A stretch of DNA of 64,000 bases from positions 1,565,722 through 1,629,721 of the forward strand of contig JBHYGA010000001.1 in NCBI GenBank assembly GCA_051859245.1, written 5' to 3'. The position numbers and the translations under genes were made by a program. Positions 41,575 through 51,898 of this stretch are shown here, piece by piece. Positions within the stretch are counted from its first letter, which is position 1; each line of letters begins with the position of its first letter. Below the pieces are notes generated by a model, which was not told the DNA's origin, did no database searches, and was given only the letters and a program-made list of their open reading frames with translations. This DNA comes from Gemmatimonadaceae bacterium. Its GTDB lineage: Bacteria > Gemmatimonadota > Gemmatimonadetes > Gemmatimonadales > Gemmatimonadaceae.

Positions 41575-43118
41575 TGGGAAGTCGCATTCTGATTCTCGAT
41601 TGTGGTTCGCAGTTTACGCAGCTCATTGCACGTCGCGTGCGTGAGGCGCGTGTGTACTCGGAGATTCATCCCGTGGCTACACGCTCGCTGGAATGGGTGC
41701 GTGAGTGGAAGCCGGACGGCATCATTCTGTCAGGCGGGCCCAACTCGGTAAACGATGAAGGTGCACCGACCATTGATCCTGCGATGCTCGACATCGCGCC
41801 GGTACTTGGCGTCTGTTACGGCATGCAACTGTTGGCCAAACTGGCTGGCGGAACGGTGGCAGCAGCAGGTCGACGTGAATACGGGCGTGCCGAAATTGAG
41901 GTGAAGGACAACACCGGATTATTTGGTGGGTTTGAGCTGGGCGAGCGCAGCACGGTGTGGATGAGCCACGGTGATCATGTGGACGCGGTTCCCGCCGGTT
42001 ATGTGGAAACAGCACGCAGCGGACACACGCTCGCGGGCTTTCGCCACGAGACGCGTCCCATTCATGCCGTGCAGTTCCACGCGGAGGTTGCACACACCGC
42101 ACGCGGCGCGCAGATCATCGAGAGCTTTCTCTTTGACATCTGTCATTGTTCGCCGGATTGGACGCCCGGTCACTTCATCGATCTTGAAGTCGCGCGCATT
42201 CGCGAGCTGGTTGGTGACAAACATGTCATCTGCGGTTTGTCCGGCGGCGTAGACTCGTCGGTTGCCGCCGCGCTGGTGCACAAGGCTATTGGTGATCAGC
42301 TCACCTGTATCTTTGTTGATACCGGTCTCTTGCGATTGCACGAGCGCGAACAGGTGGAACGCACCTTCCGTGCGCATCTCGGCATCAAGCTCGTAACCGT
42401 GCGAGCGGAAGATCGATTCATGTCGGGCCTCAAGGGTGTTGGTGAACCCGAGAAGAAGCGCACGATCATCGGGCACACGTTTATTGACGTGTTCGAAGAC
42501 GCGGCCGCAGAAGCAGGGAAAGATGCGTCGTTTCTGGTGCAGGGCACACTCTATCCCGACGTGATCGAATCGGTGAGTGCGACTGGCGGACCGTCGGCGA
42601 CGATCAAAACGCATCACAACGTGGGCGGGCTCAAGCCGGGCATGAAGTTCGCGCTGATTGAGCCGTTGCGCGAGTTGTTCAAGGATGAAGTGCGCAACGT
42701 GGGTCGCGAGCTCGGATTGCCGGAAGAAATGGTCGGTCGCCACCCGTTCCCAGGTCCTGGATTGGCGATTCGTGTGCTCGGTGCTGTTAGCGAATACGAA
42801 GTGGATATTCTGCGCCGCGCCGACGCGATCTATCTCGAAGAGATTCGTGCGGCCGGGCTGTACAATGACATCTGGCAGGCGTTCGCGGTGTTCCTGCCGG
42901 TGCGTTCGGTTGGCGTCATGGGCGATGGACGCACATATGAGCACGTAATCGCCTTGCGCGCCGTCACCAGCACAGATGGCATGACGGCCGACTGGTTCGC
43001 GTTTCCGCACGAAGTGCTTGGTCGGATCTCCAGTCGCATCATTAACGAGGTGGACGGTGTGAACCGCGTGGTGTACGACATCAGCTCAAAGCCACCGGCC
43101 ACGATTGAGTGGGAATAG
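41574..43118 (+). CDS. guaA: GMP synthase (glutamine-hydrolysing)
   Basis: [50 protein letters not shown]. Confidence 0.98.
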   Translation: MGSRILILDCGSQFTQLIARRVREARVYSEIHPVATRSLEWVREWKPDGIILSGGPNSVNDEGAPTIDPAMLDIAPVLGVCYGMQLLAKLAGGTVAAAGRREYGRAEIEVKDNTGLFGGFELGERSTVWMSHGDHVDAVPAGYVETARSGHTLAGFRHETRPIHAVQFHAEVAHTARGAQIIESFLFDICHCSPDWTPGHFIDLEVARIRELVGDKHVICGLSGGVDSSVAAALVHKAIGDQLTCIFVDTGLLRLHEREQVERTFRAHLGIKLVTVRAEDRFMSGLKGVGEPEKKRTIIGHTFIDVFEDAAAEAGKDASFLVQGTLYPDVIESVSATGGPSATIKTHHNVGGLKPGMKFALIEPLRELFKDEVRNVGRELGLPEEMVGRHPFPGPGLAIRVLGAVSEYEVDILRRADAIYLEEIRAAGLYNDIWQAFAVFLPVRSVGVMGDGRTYEHVIALRAVTSTDGMTADWFAFPHEVLGRISSRIINEVDGVNRVVYDISSKPPATIEWE

Positions 43119-43131
43119 TTCACACAGTGAC

Positions 43132-43178
43132 AAGCAAACGGCCCGCCAACTCAGATCGAGTTGGCGGGCCGTTTGTTT
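43132..43178. terminator. Bidirectional intrinsic terminator
   Basis: CAAACGGCCCGCCAACTC-N5-GAGTTGGCGGGCCGTTTG between convergent genes. Confidence 0.88.
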
Positions 43179-43199
43179 GCTCGCGTGAACGCGGGCAGC

Positions 43200-43760
43200 T
43201 TACATCTTGGGCGGCATAAGGACCGCGTCGATCACGTGAATCACGCCGTTCGAGGCCGCGATGTCCGTGTTCGTGACGTTCACGTTGCCGTTGAGCACAA
43301 CCTTGCCATCCACGACCTGGATCGTGACCTTGCGGCCTTCAACCGTGGTGGCTTCCGTCATGGTGGTGACCTGCGAGGCCGGCACGTTGCCGGAGATCAC
43401 GTGGTACGTGAGCACCTTCGTGAGCTCATCCTTGTTGGCGAGCAGCGCCTGGAGGTCGGCGGCCGGGATCTTGGCGAACGCTTCGTCCGTCGGGGCGAGC
43501 ACGGTGTACGGGCCTGCACCCTGCAGCGTCTCAACGAGGCCAGCGGCCGTGAGGGCCTGGGCCAGCGTGTTGAACGTGCCAGCGGCGGTGGCCACGGCGA
43601 TGATGTCGCCCGGAGCGGCGGGCTGCATGGCAGCCTCAGCAGCGGCGGCCGCGGCAGCGGAATCCGCGGCGGCAGCGGCTACAGCGGCGTCATCCTTGGC
43701 AGCGCCTCCGCAGGCGGCCAATGCAACAAGAGCAAACGTACCAATCGCGCGATGCATCAT
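43200..43760 (-). CDS. Fasciclin (FAS1) domain lipoprotein
   Basis: Lipobox LAAC, Ala-rich linker, [26 protein letters not shown]. Confidence 0.93.
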   Translation of the reverse strand: MMHRAIGTFALVALAACGGAAKDDAAVAAAAADSAAAAAAAEAAMQPAAPGDIIAVATAAGTFNTLAQALTAAGLVETLQGAGPYTVLAPTDEAFAKIPAADLQALLANKDELTKVLTYHVISGNVPASQVTTMTEATTVEGRKVTIQVVDGKVVLNGNVNVTNTDIAASNGVIHVIDAVLMPPKM

Positions 43761-44041
43761 AAGATTTGGATTCCGATTCGTTGTGAGAAGTCGAATGACT
43801 GCGGGGGCTCTCACCCACACCACGGGCTAACAGCTCGTGTTCCGGGAAAGTTCCCAGAAACCATGGGGAGACGCAATTTCGCTGGCGCCGCCTGCACCGC
43901 AAGGGGCTCATCGTGACGGACAGGACCTGTTTGTGCTCCAGATCACCAGTCGGCGTCTGGCCCTCGATACGATTGACAGCAGTGGCAACGCACATCAGGT
44001 TCGCCGCAGGACATGACGTCTCGCCACTCTCCCACCAAACC

Positions 44042-45619
44042 ATGCCATCCGTCTTCTCACGTCTCATCGACGACTGCCGAACGTCGCTCGTCGCGTCGTC
44101 GCTGTTCGCGACACTCTTGCTGCCGCAGCGATTGGCCGCTCAGGCGCCGTCGACGAGCGCGGCCGCCGCTCAACCCGCCGCCGCGCCGCAGCACGGGGTG
44201 CGACCGCAGCGACTCGTGATTCGCAATGTGATGGTCATCGAGGGGAACGGCACGCCGGCGGAAGGGCCCAAAGACGTGGTGATCGAGGGCAACCGCATTG
44301 TACAGATCGCGAATCTTGATCCGGTCGCCGTACGCGACGGCAGCGCGAGACGGCCGGCGCGCGGTGATGCGGAAATTGATGGCACGGGACACTACGTGAT
44401 GCCCGGGCTCATCAACCTGCACGGGCACGTGCAGGAAGAACGGGGCGGCGTACCACAACCGCTTGAGTATCAGTTGAAGCTGTGGCTTGGCATGGGCATC
44501 ACCACCGTGCGTGATGTCAGCAGCAGCACAGAACGCACGCTGGCGCTACGCGACCGCAGCGCTCGCGGCGAAGTGGCGGCACCGCGACTCTTTGTCTACG
44601 CGCGCTACAACTACATGCCGATTCCGCTCACGGAGGCGGCCACGCGTCAACGCGTGCGTGATCTCAAAGCGATGGGCGCCGACGGTACCAAGTTGTTCGG
44701 CATGGATCGCGAGTTCTACGGGCCGTTGCTGGACGAAGCAAAGAAGGTTGGACTGCGCACCGCACATCACATGGCGGTCGATGAAGCCAACGCGAATGAT
44801 GCCGCAGCGGGCGGACTGACGAGTATCGAACATTGGTATGGTGTACCCGACGCGGCGATTCCCGGCGGCGTGCAGAACTTTCCGCCAGAGTTCAACTACA
44901 GTGATGAGGGCATGCGCTTTCGTCTCGCGGGCCGACTGTGGCGTGAAGCTGATCCGGACAAACTCCAGGACGTTCTGAAGTCGCTGGCCAAAGCCGGTGT
45001 GTCATGGAATCCCACGCTCGACATTTACGAAGCAAGCCGCGATTTGCAGCGCGCGGAATCGCAACCATGGTTCAAGGAATACTTGCATCCCACGCTCGAG
45101 AAGTTCTTTCGACCAGATCCAGCGAGCCATGGTTCGTACTTCGCCAACTGGAGCTCAATTGATGAAACGTTCTGGAAAGAGAACTATCAGATCTGGTTCA
45201 AGGCGTTGCGTGACTTCGAAAGCTACGGCGGCGTGATCGGCGCCGGCGAAGATGCGGGCTTCATCTATCAGGTGTATGGCTTTGGTCTGATTCGTGAGCT
45301 CGAGTTGCATCAGGAAGCGGGCTTTCCCGCGCTCAAGGTGTTGCAGCACGCCACGCAGAACAACGCGCGCATTCTCGGCGAAGAATCACGTCTTGGAAGG
45401 GTGCGCCAGGGACATCTGGCGGATGTGATTGTGGTCAAGGGCAATCCGCTTTCGGATCTCAAAGTGTTCTATCCGCCGCTCGACGGCGCGGCGGCTGGCA
45501 CGAACGCGGGTGTGGCGTGGACCATCAAGGACGGCATTCCGTATGACGCACCGCGCATGCTACGTGAGGTGCGGGAGCTGGTAAGCGCGGCCAAGGCCAA
45601 GACCACGTCGTCGCGCTAA
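44042..45619 (+). CDS. Secreted amidohydrolase-family protein
   Basis: VMPGLINLHGH (HxH), GITTVRD, IEH, AT.NNA.ILG...G.V..G..AD; signal peptide ending LAA-Q. Confidence 0.88.
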   Translation: MPSVFSRLIDDCRTSLVASSLFATLLLPQRLAAQAPSTSAAAAQPAAAPQHGVRPQRLVIRNVMVIEGNGTPAEGPKDVVIEGNRIVQIANLDPVAVRDGSARRPARGDAEIDGTGHYVMPGLINLHGHVQEERGGVPQPLEYQLKLWLGMGITTVRDVSSSTERTLALRDRSARGEVAAPRLFVYARYNYMPIPLTEAATRQRVRDLKAMGADGTKLFGMDREFYGPLLDEAKKVGLRTAHHMAVDEANANDAAAGGLTSIEHWYGVPDAAIPGGVQNFPPEFNYSDEGMRFRLAGRLWREADPDKLQDVLKSLAKAGVSWNPTLDIYEASRDLQRAESQPWFKEYLHPTLEKFFRPDPASHGSYFANWSSIDETFWKENYQIWFKALRDFESYGGVIGAGEDAGFIYQVYGFGLIRELELHQEAGFPALKVLQHATQNNARILGEESRLGRVRQGHLADVIVVKGNPLSDLKVFYPPLDGAAAGTNAGVAWTIKDGIPYDAPRMLREVRELVSAAKAKTTSSR

Positions 45620-45715
45620 CGCGTCGCGCCAGGAGGTACTCGCGGGTGTCGCCCCCGCGAGTGCCAGCGCGCAGCTAGGTTTCCGGATTCGGATTCCTTA
45701 TCTGCACACGATCGC

Positions 45716-47095
45716 ATGCTTAACCGACTGCACACTATTGGTCCCGACCTGCGCGAGATGGCCCGCATCGCGTGGCCGATTGTGCTGGTCAGCGTTGGCA
45801 TTCAACTCATGGGTGTGGTGGATGCACTCATGGTGGGCCGACTTGGTGGATCGGCCATTGCCTCTGTTGCGCTGGGCAATTTCTACTTCTTCAACATCTC
45901 GATTTTTGGCATCGGGTTGTTGTATGCCATCGATCCGGTGGTGGCCCAGTCGGTTGGCGCCGGCGACAGCGTTGGTGTGGCGCGCGGTGTGCAACGCGGT
46001 ATGGTGCTCGCGATCGCGCTGGCATGTTTGATCATGCTGGCCCTGGCACCGGGTGAGTGGGTGCTCAGCGCGCTGAAACAACCGGATGACGTCATCGAAC
46101 CAACAGCGGCGTACTCGCGACGTCGGCTGTTCGGTGTGTTGCCGTTCCTGCTGTTCAATGTGTGGCGACAAGCCCTGCAAGCGATGGGTCCGGTCCGGCC
46201 GATTGTGTTTGCCGTGCTCGCGGCAAACGCGGTGAATGCGCTGGCCAACTACCTGCTGATTTACGGCAACTTTGGATTTCCTGCACTCGGCGTGGTGGGG
46301 GCAGGGTGGGCAACGGCGATCGCACAGTGGTGCATGGCACTGATGCTGCTCTGGTTTGCGTGGCCGTTATTGCGCGACACGATGCTGCCATGGCGCCCGG
46401 AGGCTCTGCATTGGCCACCGTTGCGTCGCATGATCGGGATCGGCGCACCGATCGGGACGCAGTGGTTCTTTGAGGCGTTCGCGTTCGGCATTACGACGAT
46501 CTTCATGGGATGGATGGGCACCGCGTCGCTCGCCGGACATGAAATTGCACTCAACATGGCGGCGCTCACCTTCATGGTGCCGCTTGGTTTCTCGGGGGCG
46601 GCGGCCGCCGTCGTCGGTCGCGCCATCGGGCGTGGTGATGTGACAACGGCGCGTCGAGATGCCGCGGCTGCGATCGTGTGTGCGGTTGGCTTCATGTGTT
46701 GCAGTGCGGCGGTGTTCGTTGCCGTTCCCACGTGGTTGGCCACGCGCTATACCACCGATGCCGCGACACTCGCCGTTGCGGTGTCACTCATACCGATTGC
46801 GGGTGTGTTTCAGGTGTTCGACGGCACGCAGGCGGTCACGAGCGGTGTGCTTCGCGGCACGGGAGACACGCGCATTCCGGCGATTCTGCACATGGTCGCG
46901 TTCTGGGGCGTGGGAATTCCACTCGGTGTCACGCTCGGCTTTTTTACGCCGTTGCGTGAGCGTGGATTGTGGTGGGGGCTCACGGCCGGCCTGGCGTCCG
47001 CCGCCATTCTGCAAACATGGCGCGTGCGCGTGCGACTGCGCGGTGACATTTCGCGTGTGCTGATCGACGACGCAAAAGGCGCGAAAACTGCGTGA
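45716..47095 (+). CDS. MATE-family efflux transporter (NorM-like)
   Basis: VVDALMVGRLG, YGNFGFPALGVVGAG, FQVFDGTQAV..GVLRG.GDTR. Confidence 0.93.
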   Translation: MLNRLHTIGPDLREMARIAWPIVLVSVGIQLMGVVDALMVGRLGGSAIASVALGNFYFFNISIFGIGLLYAIDPVVAQSVGAGDSVGVARGVQRGMVLAIALACLIMLALAPGEWVLSALKQPDDVIEPTAAYSRRRLFGVLPFLLFNVWRQALQAMGPVRPIVFAVLAANAVNALANYLLIYGNFGFPALGVVGAGWATAIAQWCMALMLLWFAWPLLRDTMLPWRPEALHWPPLRRMIGIGAPIGTQWFFEAFAFGITTIFMGWMGTASLAGHEIALNMAALTFMVPLGFSGAAAAVVGRAIGRGDVTTARRDAAAAIVCAVGFMCCSAAVFVAVPTWLATRYTTDAATLAVAVSLIPIAGVFQVFDGTQAVTSGVLRGTGDTRIPAILHMVAFWGVGIPLGVTLGFFTPLRERGLWWGLTAGLASAAILQTWRVRVRLRGDISRVLIDDAKGAKTA

Positions 47096-47136
47096 GTTTT
47101 CGCGCCTAGTGAGCGGGCTATTGACGTTGCGAAGCT

Positions 47137-47589
47137 CTAGATCTTCTTCTCTTCGAGCAGCGCCATGAAGTCGGCCGGCGTCGGCAGCGTCATCAATCGG
47201 CCCGGCACATCGGGTTCCTTGCTGAACTGCGCGATTTTGCCGAGCACAGGCAGATACTGATTGGACACCTCGAGTGGCGGCGCCACAATCAGGAACATGA
47301 AGTGCACGGGCTTGTCGTCAATCGCCTTGAAATCGAGGCCAGTGGCCTTGCGACCAAATGCCACGCGCAGCCGGTTCACCACCAGCGAGCGGCAGTGCGG
47401 GATGGCGATGCCGCGGCCAATTCCCGTGGAGCCGAGATTTTCGCGGCGCTTGAGCATTTTGAAGAGCATCCCCTCGGCCTTTTCGTCGAGCTTAAGGAGG
47501 GAGATGAGTTCCTTCAGTACTTCGTCCTTCGTTGTGCCTTCGAGCTCAAGCTTGACGGCATCTTCGGAAAAGAATTCACGGAGTTCCAT
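47137..47589 (-). CDS. PTS IIA (Ntr/fructose-type) protein
   Basis: RENLGSTGIGRGIAIPH phosphorylation motif; DFKAIDDKPV. Confidence 0.92.
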   Translation of the reverse strand: MELREFFSEDAVKLELEGTTKDEVLKELISLLKLDEKAEGMLFKMLKRRENLGSTGIGRGIAIPHCRSLVVNRLRVAFGRKATGLDFKAIDDKPVHFMFLIVAPPLEVSNQYLPVLGKIAQFSKEPDVPGRLMTLPTPADFMALLEEKKI

Positions 47590-47597
47590 AGCCTTCA

Positions 47598-47663
47598 ATG
47601 CTAACCGTAGGCGACCACATGTCAAACCGCCGCGTTGCCCGCTACGCCGAACTCGGCTAACTT
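47598..47663. promoter_or_regulatory. Back-to-back divergent promoters for the PTS IIA gene and dusB
   Basis: Minus: TTGACA-16-TAGCAT-8-ATG. Plus: TTGCCC-17-TAACTT-6-GTG. Confidence 0.6.
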
Positions 47664-47669
47664 TGTAAA

Positions 47670-48719
47670 GTGAGCAAAGTCAAGACGTTCCCGTATCCGG
47701 TGCCCCATGCGGTGCCGATTTTTCTGGCGCCGATGGCGGGCGTGTCGGAATCTCCGTTCCGTCGGCTGTGCCGTGCGCATGGCGCGGACGTCGTGGTCAC
47801 GGAGTTCCTGTCGGCCGAAGGCATTCGCCGCGAGAACGAGGCCACGCTGTCCAAGCTGCGCTTCTCCGCAGACGAACGCACTATCGGTGTGCAGATCTTC
47901 GGTGCCGATCCGGCCGCGATGGCCGACGCCGCCGCGCTCGTGACCGATGTGTTTCAGCCAGAGTTTGTGGACATCAACTTTGGCTGCCCGGTCAAGAAGG
48001 TGGTCAAGCGCAACGGTGGCTCCGGCTGCCTGCGTGACCTTTCCTTGGTGCGCGACGTAATCAAGGCGGTGTCCGCCGCCACGCACCTGCCGGTCACGGT
48101 CAAGGTGCGCAGCGGATGGAACGAAGAGATGCGGGATCCGGTGAAAATCGGACTCGTATGTCAGGACGCCGGTGCTCGTGTGCTCACGTTGCACGCGCGC
48201 ACACGCACGCAGATGTACACCGGCAAGGCCAACTGGGATGAGATCGCGGCCGTTGCTGAGGCGCTGGATATTCCGGTGGTTGGCAACGGCGACATCAAGT
48301 CACCGGAAGACGTGGTGCGCATGTACGAGCATACGCGCGCCAGCGGCATCATGGTGGGCCGCGGATCGTTCGGACAGCCGTGGATATTCAATCAGGCACG
48401 CGCGCTGCTGGACGGTCTGCCAGTGCCGCAAACGCCCGGCGTGGAGGAGCGCTTTCGCGTGGCGCTCGACCACATGCGTATGGTGCAGGAATATGAGGCT
48501 GATCCCGATGGAGCGGCGTACGAGTTCCGCAAGCACCTCGGCTGGTACGTGAAGGGGCTGTTCAACTCGGCGGATCTGCGCAAGAAGTTGCACCAGGTGA
48601 CGTCGTTCAGTCAGGTCGAAGACATCTTCACCGACTACCTCTCGGATCATGGTGATCGGGCGCGGGTATTGACGGGGGTAGGCGATTCCAACGAAGTTGA
48701 AGTGCACGAGGCGGCGTAG
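47670..48719 (+). CDS. dusB: tRNA-dihydrouridine synthase B
   Basis: LAPMAG, QIFG, DINFGCP, HART, GNGDI, MVGRG. Confidence 0.93.
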   Translation: MSKVKTFPYPVPHAVPIFLAPMAGVSESPFRRLCRAHGADVVVTEFLSAEGIRRENEATLSKLRFSADERTIGVQIFGADPAAMADAAALVTDVFQPEFVDINFGCPVKKVVKRNGGSGCLRDLSLVRDVIKAVSAATHLPVTVKVRSGWNEEMRDPVKIGLVCQDAGARVLTLHARTRTQMYTGKANWDEIAAVAEALDIPVVGNGDIKSPEDVVRMYEHTRASGIMVGRGSFGQPWIFNQARALLDGLPVPQTPGVEERFRVALDHMRMVQEYEADPDGAAYEFRKHLGWYVKGLFNSADLRKKLHQVTSFSQVEDIFTDYLSDHGDRARVLTGVGDSNEVEVHEAA

Positions 48720-48781
48720 TCGGCTCGTGTGATGTCAGGGTGGTGAGCTTGTTGGCACAGGCGTAGGACCGTTCGATAACC

Positions 48782-49140
48782 GGGGGTGCACTGGTTTCGA
48801 CGGGTTTGGTGAAGCTGTGGCTGCGTGTCCAGGTCCTCGGGCTCCTGGTAAAACACCTGGGAAACCATTAAACGCCAACAACAACCTGGCGCTCGCCGCG
48901 TAACTTTCGAGTTACCGCTGGCAGTGCTACTCGAGGAGCCCGCCCGGGGCGCTTCGTGTAGTATCGCAAATCTGGGCTAGCATTACGGCGTGTTGCCCGT
49001 CGTAGCGCGAAACAATAGGTGACTTGTCTGCGAGTGGGCTTCCCATTGGCCAGCGCGCGGAGACCTCAATCAATGGGATACACACGTAGACGCTGTGGTA
49101 GATCCAAGCTCGGACAGGGGTTCGATTCCCCTCACCTCCA
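48782..49140 (+). ncRNA. ssrA: tmRNA; tag (A)ANNNLALAA at 48874-48903
   Basis: 5' GGGGGTG...GGTTTCGAC; 3' T-arm GGGGTTCGATTCCCC and CACCTCC-A acceptor stem with a G3.U pair; tag ORF ends LALAA-TAA. Confidence 0.96.
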
Positions 49141-49150
49141 CTTGGTATGC

Positions 49151-49192
49151 ACAAACGCCCCGACGGCCTGAGCTGTCGGGGCGATTGTGTTT
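49151..49192. terminator. Terminator hairpin between convergent ssrA and ppdK
   Basis: Stem CGCCCCGACGGC / GCTGTCGGGGCG with A-rich and T-rich flanks. Confidence 0.7.
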
Positions 49193-49205
49193 GATTGCGT
49201 ACGTG

Positions 49206-51869
49206 TCAGCTGTCGAGCGCAGCGTGCGCCGCCGCCAGTCGTGCCACCGGCACACGAAATGGCGAGCAGGATACGTAGTCGAGCCCGGCGTCATGGCAGA
49301 AACGCACGGAGCGTGGTTCACCGCCGTGTTCGCCGCAAATGCCCAACTTCAGCGAAGGGCGTGTGGCTCGTCCGTCAGCAATCGCCATCTTGACGAGTTT
49401 GCCAACGCCCTTCACATCGAGCACCTGAAACGGATCGTCTTCAAGAATTCCCTTTTCGAGATAGAAGGGAAGGAAGCGTCCCGCGTCATCGCGGCTGAGA
49501 CCGAGCGTGGTCTGCGTCAAATCGTTGGTGCCAAACGAAAAGAAGTCGGCAACACGCGCGATTTCATCGGCGGTAAGTGCGGCGCGCGGCAACTCAATCA
49601 TGGTGCCGACAAGGTACGGCACATGTTCATCCATCGCGCCCATCACTTGCTGCGCCGCGTGTTCAATCACGGCACGCTGATGCTCGAGTTCGCGCGCGGT
49701 GGCAACAAGTGGCACCATGATTTCCGGCATGACATCAAACCCGCGACGCTTGGCACGCACGGCTGCCTCAAAAATGGCGCGCGCCTGCATCTCGGTGATT
49801 TCCGGATACGTGATGCCCAGACGGCAACCACGATGTCCAAGCATTGGATTGCTCTCGCGCAACGCCTCAACGATCGCCGACAATGCCGGTCGGCTGATGC
49901 CGAGCGTATTGGCCAGCTTCTTGGATTCTTCACCACCGTGCGGGAGAAACTCGTGCAATGGCGGATCCAGCAACCGGATTGTGACCGGGCACCCATGCAT
50001 TGCTTCAAAGATGCCTTCAAAATCTGCGCGCTGCATCGGCAACAGTTTGTCGAGCGCACGACGACGTCCACCTTCATCACGCGCCACGATCATCTCGCGC
50101 ATCGATGAAATGCGATCGCCTTCAAAGAACATGTGTTCAGTACGACACAAGCCAATGCCTTCGGCGCCGAACGCGCGCGCGAGTCGCGCATCACGCGGCG
50201 TGTCGGCATTGGCGCGTACTTTGAGTCGACGCACTTCGTCGGCCCAGCCCATGAGCTCGTCGAATGCCCGATACACCGGTGCGTCGGCGGCGCGCTGTGC
50301 ACCGGCCACCACGCGCATGACTTCACTCGGCAGCGTGGGAAGATCGCCGGTGAATACGCGGCCGGTTTCACCATCGAGCGTGAGCCAGTCGCCCTCATTG
50401 ACCGTGACGTCTCCCACGGTAAATCGACGTTCACCGCGTGGGATGATCATTTCGGTGGCGCCCACGATCGCGCACTTGCCCATACCACGCGCCACAACAG
50501 CCGCGTGACTGGTCATGCCACCGCGCGTGGTGAGAATCGCCCGTGCGGCCACCATGCCGTGGAAATCTTCCGGTGTGGTTTCTTCACGAACAAGAATCAC
50601 CGCTTCGCCGCGCTGCGCACGTGACTCGGCTTCGTCAGGATCGAACACGGCGACACCACTCGCTGCACCAGGACTCGCCGGCAACCCATGCGCGATCGGG
50701 GAAGCGCGAACGGCCGGATCGATCACTCGGTGCAAGAGCTGATCCAACTGACGCGGGTGCAAACGACGCACCGCCGTGGTGGTATCGATCACGCCTTCGC
50801 GCACCATATCAGTGGCGATACGCAACGCGGCCGGCGTGGTGCGTTTACCCGTTCGCGTTTGCAACAAATACAAACGTCCGCGTTCCACCGTGAATTCGAT
50901 GTCTTGCATGTCACGGTAGTGCCGCTCGAGCAGCGCCTGCGTTTCCATCAGCTGCGTGTACGCGGCCGGCAATCGTTCCGCCATCTGATCGATGTGCAAC
51001 GGTGTGCGAATACCAGCAACAACGTCTTCACCCTGGGCGTTGATCAGAAACTCACCGTAGAACCGATGTTCGCCAGTGCTCGGATCTCGCGTGAATGCAA
51101 CGCCGGTGCCGGAGTCATCACCCATGTTGCCGAACACCATCGCCATCACGTTCACGCCTGTGCCAAGCGTATCGGGAATCTCGTTCACACGCCGGTAGTC
51201 AACCGCTTTCTTCAGCGTCCACGAACTCCACACTGCCTCAATCGCTCCCCAGAGCTGCACGCGCGGATCGGTGGGAAACGGCTGACCAGTGGTGTGCTCA
51301 ACCAGATCGAGATATTCATGCGTGAGCGCCTCGAGCGATTCAGCATCGAGGTCTGCATCGGTCGCAGCATGTTTGGTGAGACGTTTGGCCGCGAGCAAAT
51401 GCTCAAACTGTTCAAACGGCACATGCAGCACCACGTCGCCATACATCTGGATAAAGCGGCGATATGAGTCCCATGCAAACCGTGGGTTGCCGCTCGCTTT
51501 CGCGAGACCAACGGTGGTTTCGTGATTGAGACCGAGGTTCAGAATGGTCTCCATCATGCCGGGCATGCTGACGGCCGCGCCCGAGCGCACGCTCACTAAA
51601 AGCGGCATGCTCGGGTCTCCGAATCGTTTGTCCCCCGCTTGTTCGAGGCGCGCGAGCGCGGCGTCAACTTCAGCCCGCAGCTCCTCGGACACACCGCCGT
51701 GCTCTAGATACTCAAGACACTGACTGCAGGCGATCGTGAATCCCGGTGGAACGGGCACGCCGAGATTCACCATCTCCGCGAGGTTTGCTCCCTTTCCACC
51801 CAGGACCGATTTCATTTCACGCGTGCCGTCGGCCGCGCCATTCCCAAAGAAGTAAACCGAACGTGTCAC
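49206..51869 (-). CDS. ppdK: Pyruvate, phosphate dikinase
   Basis: LGGKGANLAEM, VSVRSGA, GGMTSHAAVVARG, GLCRTEHMF, FSFGTNDLTQ, GICGEHGG. Confidence 0.98.
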   Translation of the reverse strand: MTRSVYFFGNGAADGTREMKSVLGGKGANLAEMVNLGVPVPPGFTIACSQCLEYLEHGGVSEELRAEVDAALARLEQAGDKRFGDPSMPLLVSVRSGAAVSMPGMMETILNLGLNHETTVGLAKASGNPRFAWDSYRRFIQMYGDVVLHVPFEQFEHLLAAKRLTKHAATDADLDAESLEALTHEYLDLVEHTTGQPFPTDPRVQLWGAIEAVWSSWTLKKAVDYRRVNEIPDTLGTGVNVMAMVFGNMGDDSGTGVAFTRDPSTGEHRFYGEFLINAQGEDVVAGIRTPLHIDQMAERLPAAYTQLMETQALLERHYRDMQDIEFTVERGRLYLLQTRTGKRTTPAALRIATDMVREGVIDTTTAVRRLHPRQLDQLLHRVIDPAVRASPIAHGLPASPGAASGVAVFDPDEAESRAQRGEAVILVREETTPEDFHGMVAARAILTTRGGMTSHAAVVARGMGKCAIVGATEMIIPRGERRFTVGDVTVNEGDWLTLDGETGRVFTGDLPTLPSEVMRVVAGAQRAADAPVYRAFDELMGWADEVRRLKVRANADTPRDARLARAFGAEGIGLCRTEHMFFEGDRISSMREMIVARDEGGRRRALDKLLPMQRADFEGIFEAMHGCPVTIRLLDPPLHEFLPHGGEESKKLANTLGISRPALSAIVEALRESNPMLGHRGCRLGITYPEITEMQARAIFEAAVRAKRRGFDVMPEIMVPLVATARELEHQRAVIEHAAQQVMGAMDEHVPYLVGTMIELPRAALTADEIARVADFFSFGTNDLTQTTLGLSRDDAGRFLPFYLEKGILEDDPFQVLDVKGVGKLVKMAIADGRATRPSLKLGICGEHGGEPRSVRFCHDAGLDYVSCSPFRVPVARLAAAHAALDS

Positions 51870-51898
51870 GTGTGCTCCAAAGGGGAAAAAACAGGCGT

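Noticed and set aside
43610..43720. GCG/GCA-rich repetitive stretch
   Set aside because: Encodes the Ala-rich linker of the fasciclin lipoprotein; not a DNA repeat array.
48927..49321. Small ORFs over the ssrA region
   Set aside because: Explained by tmRNA, its terminator and the end of ppdK.
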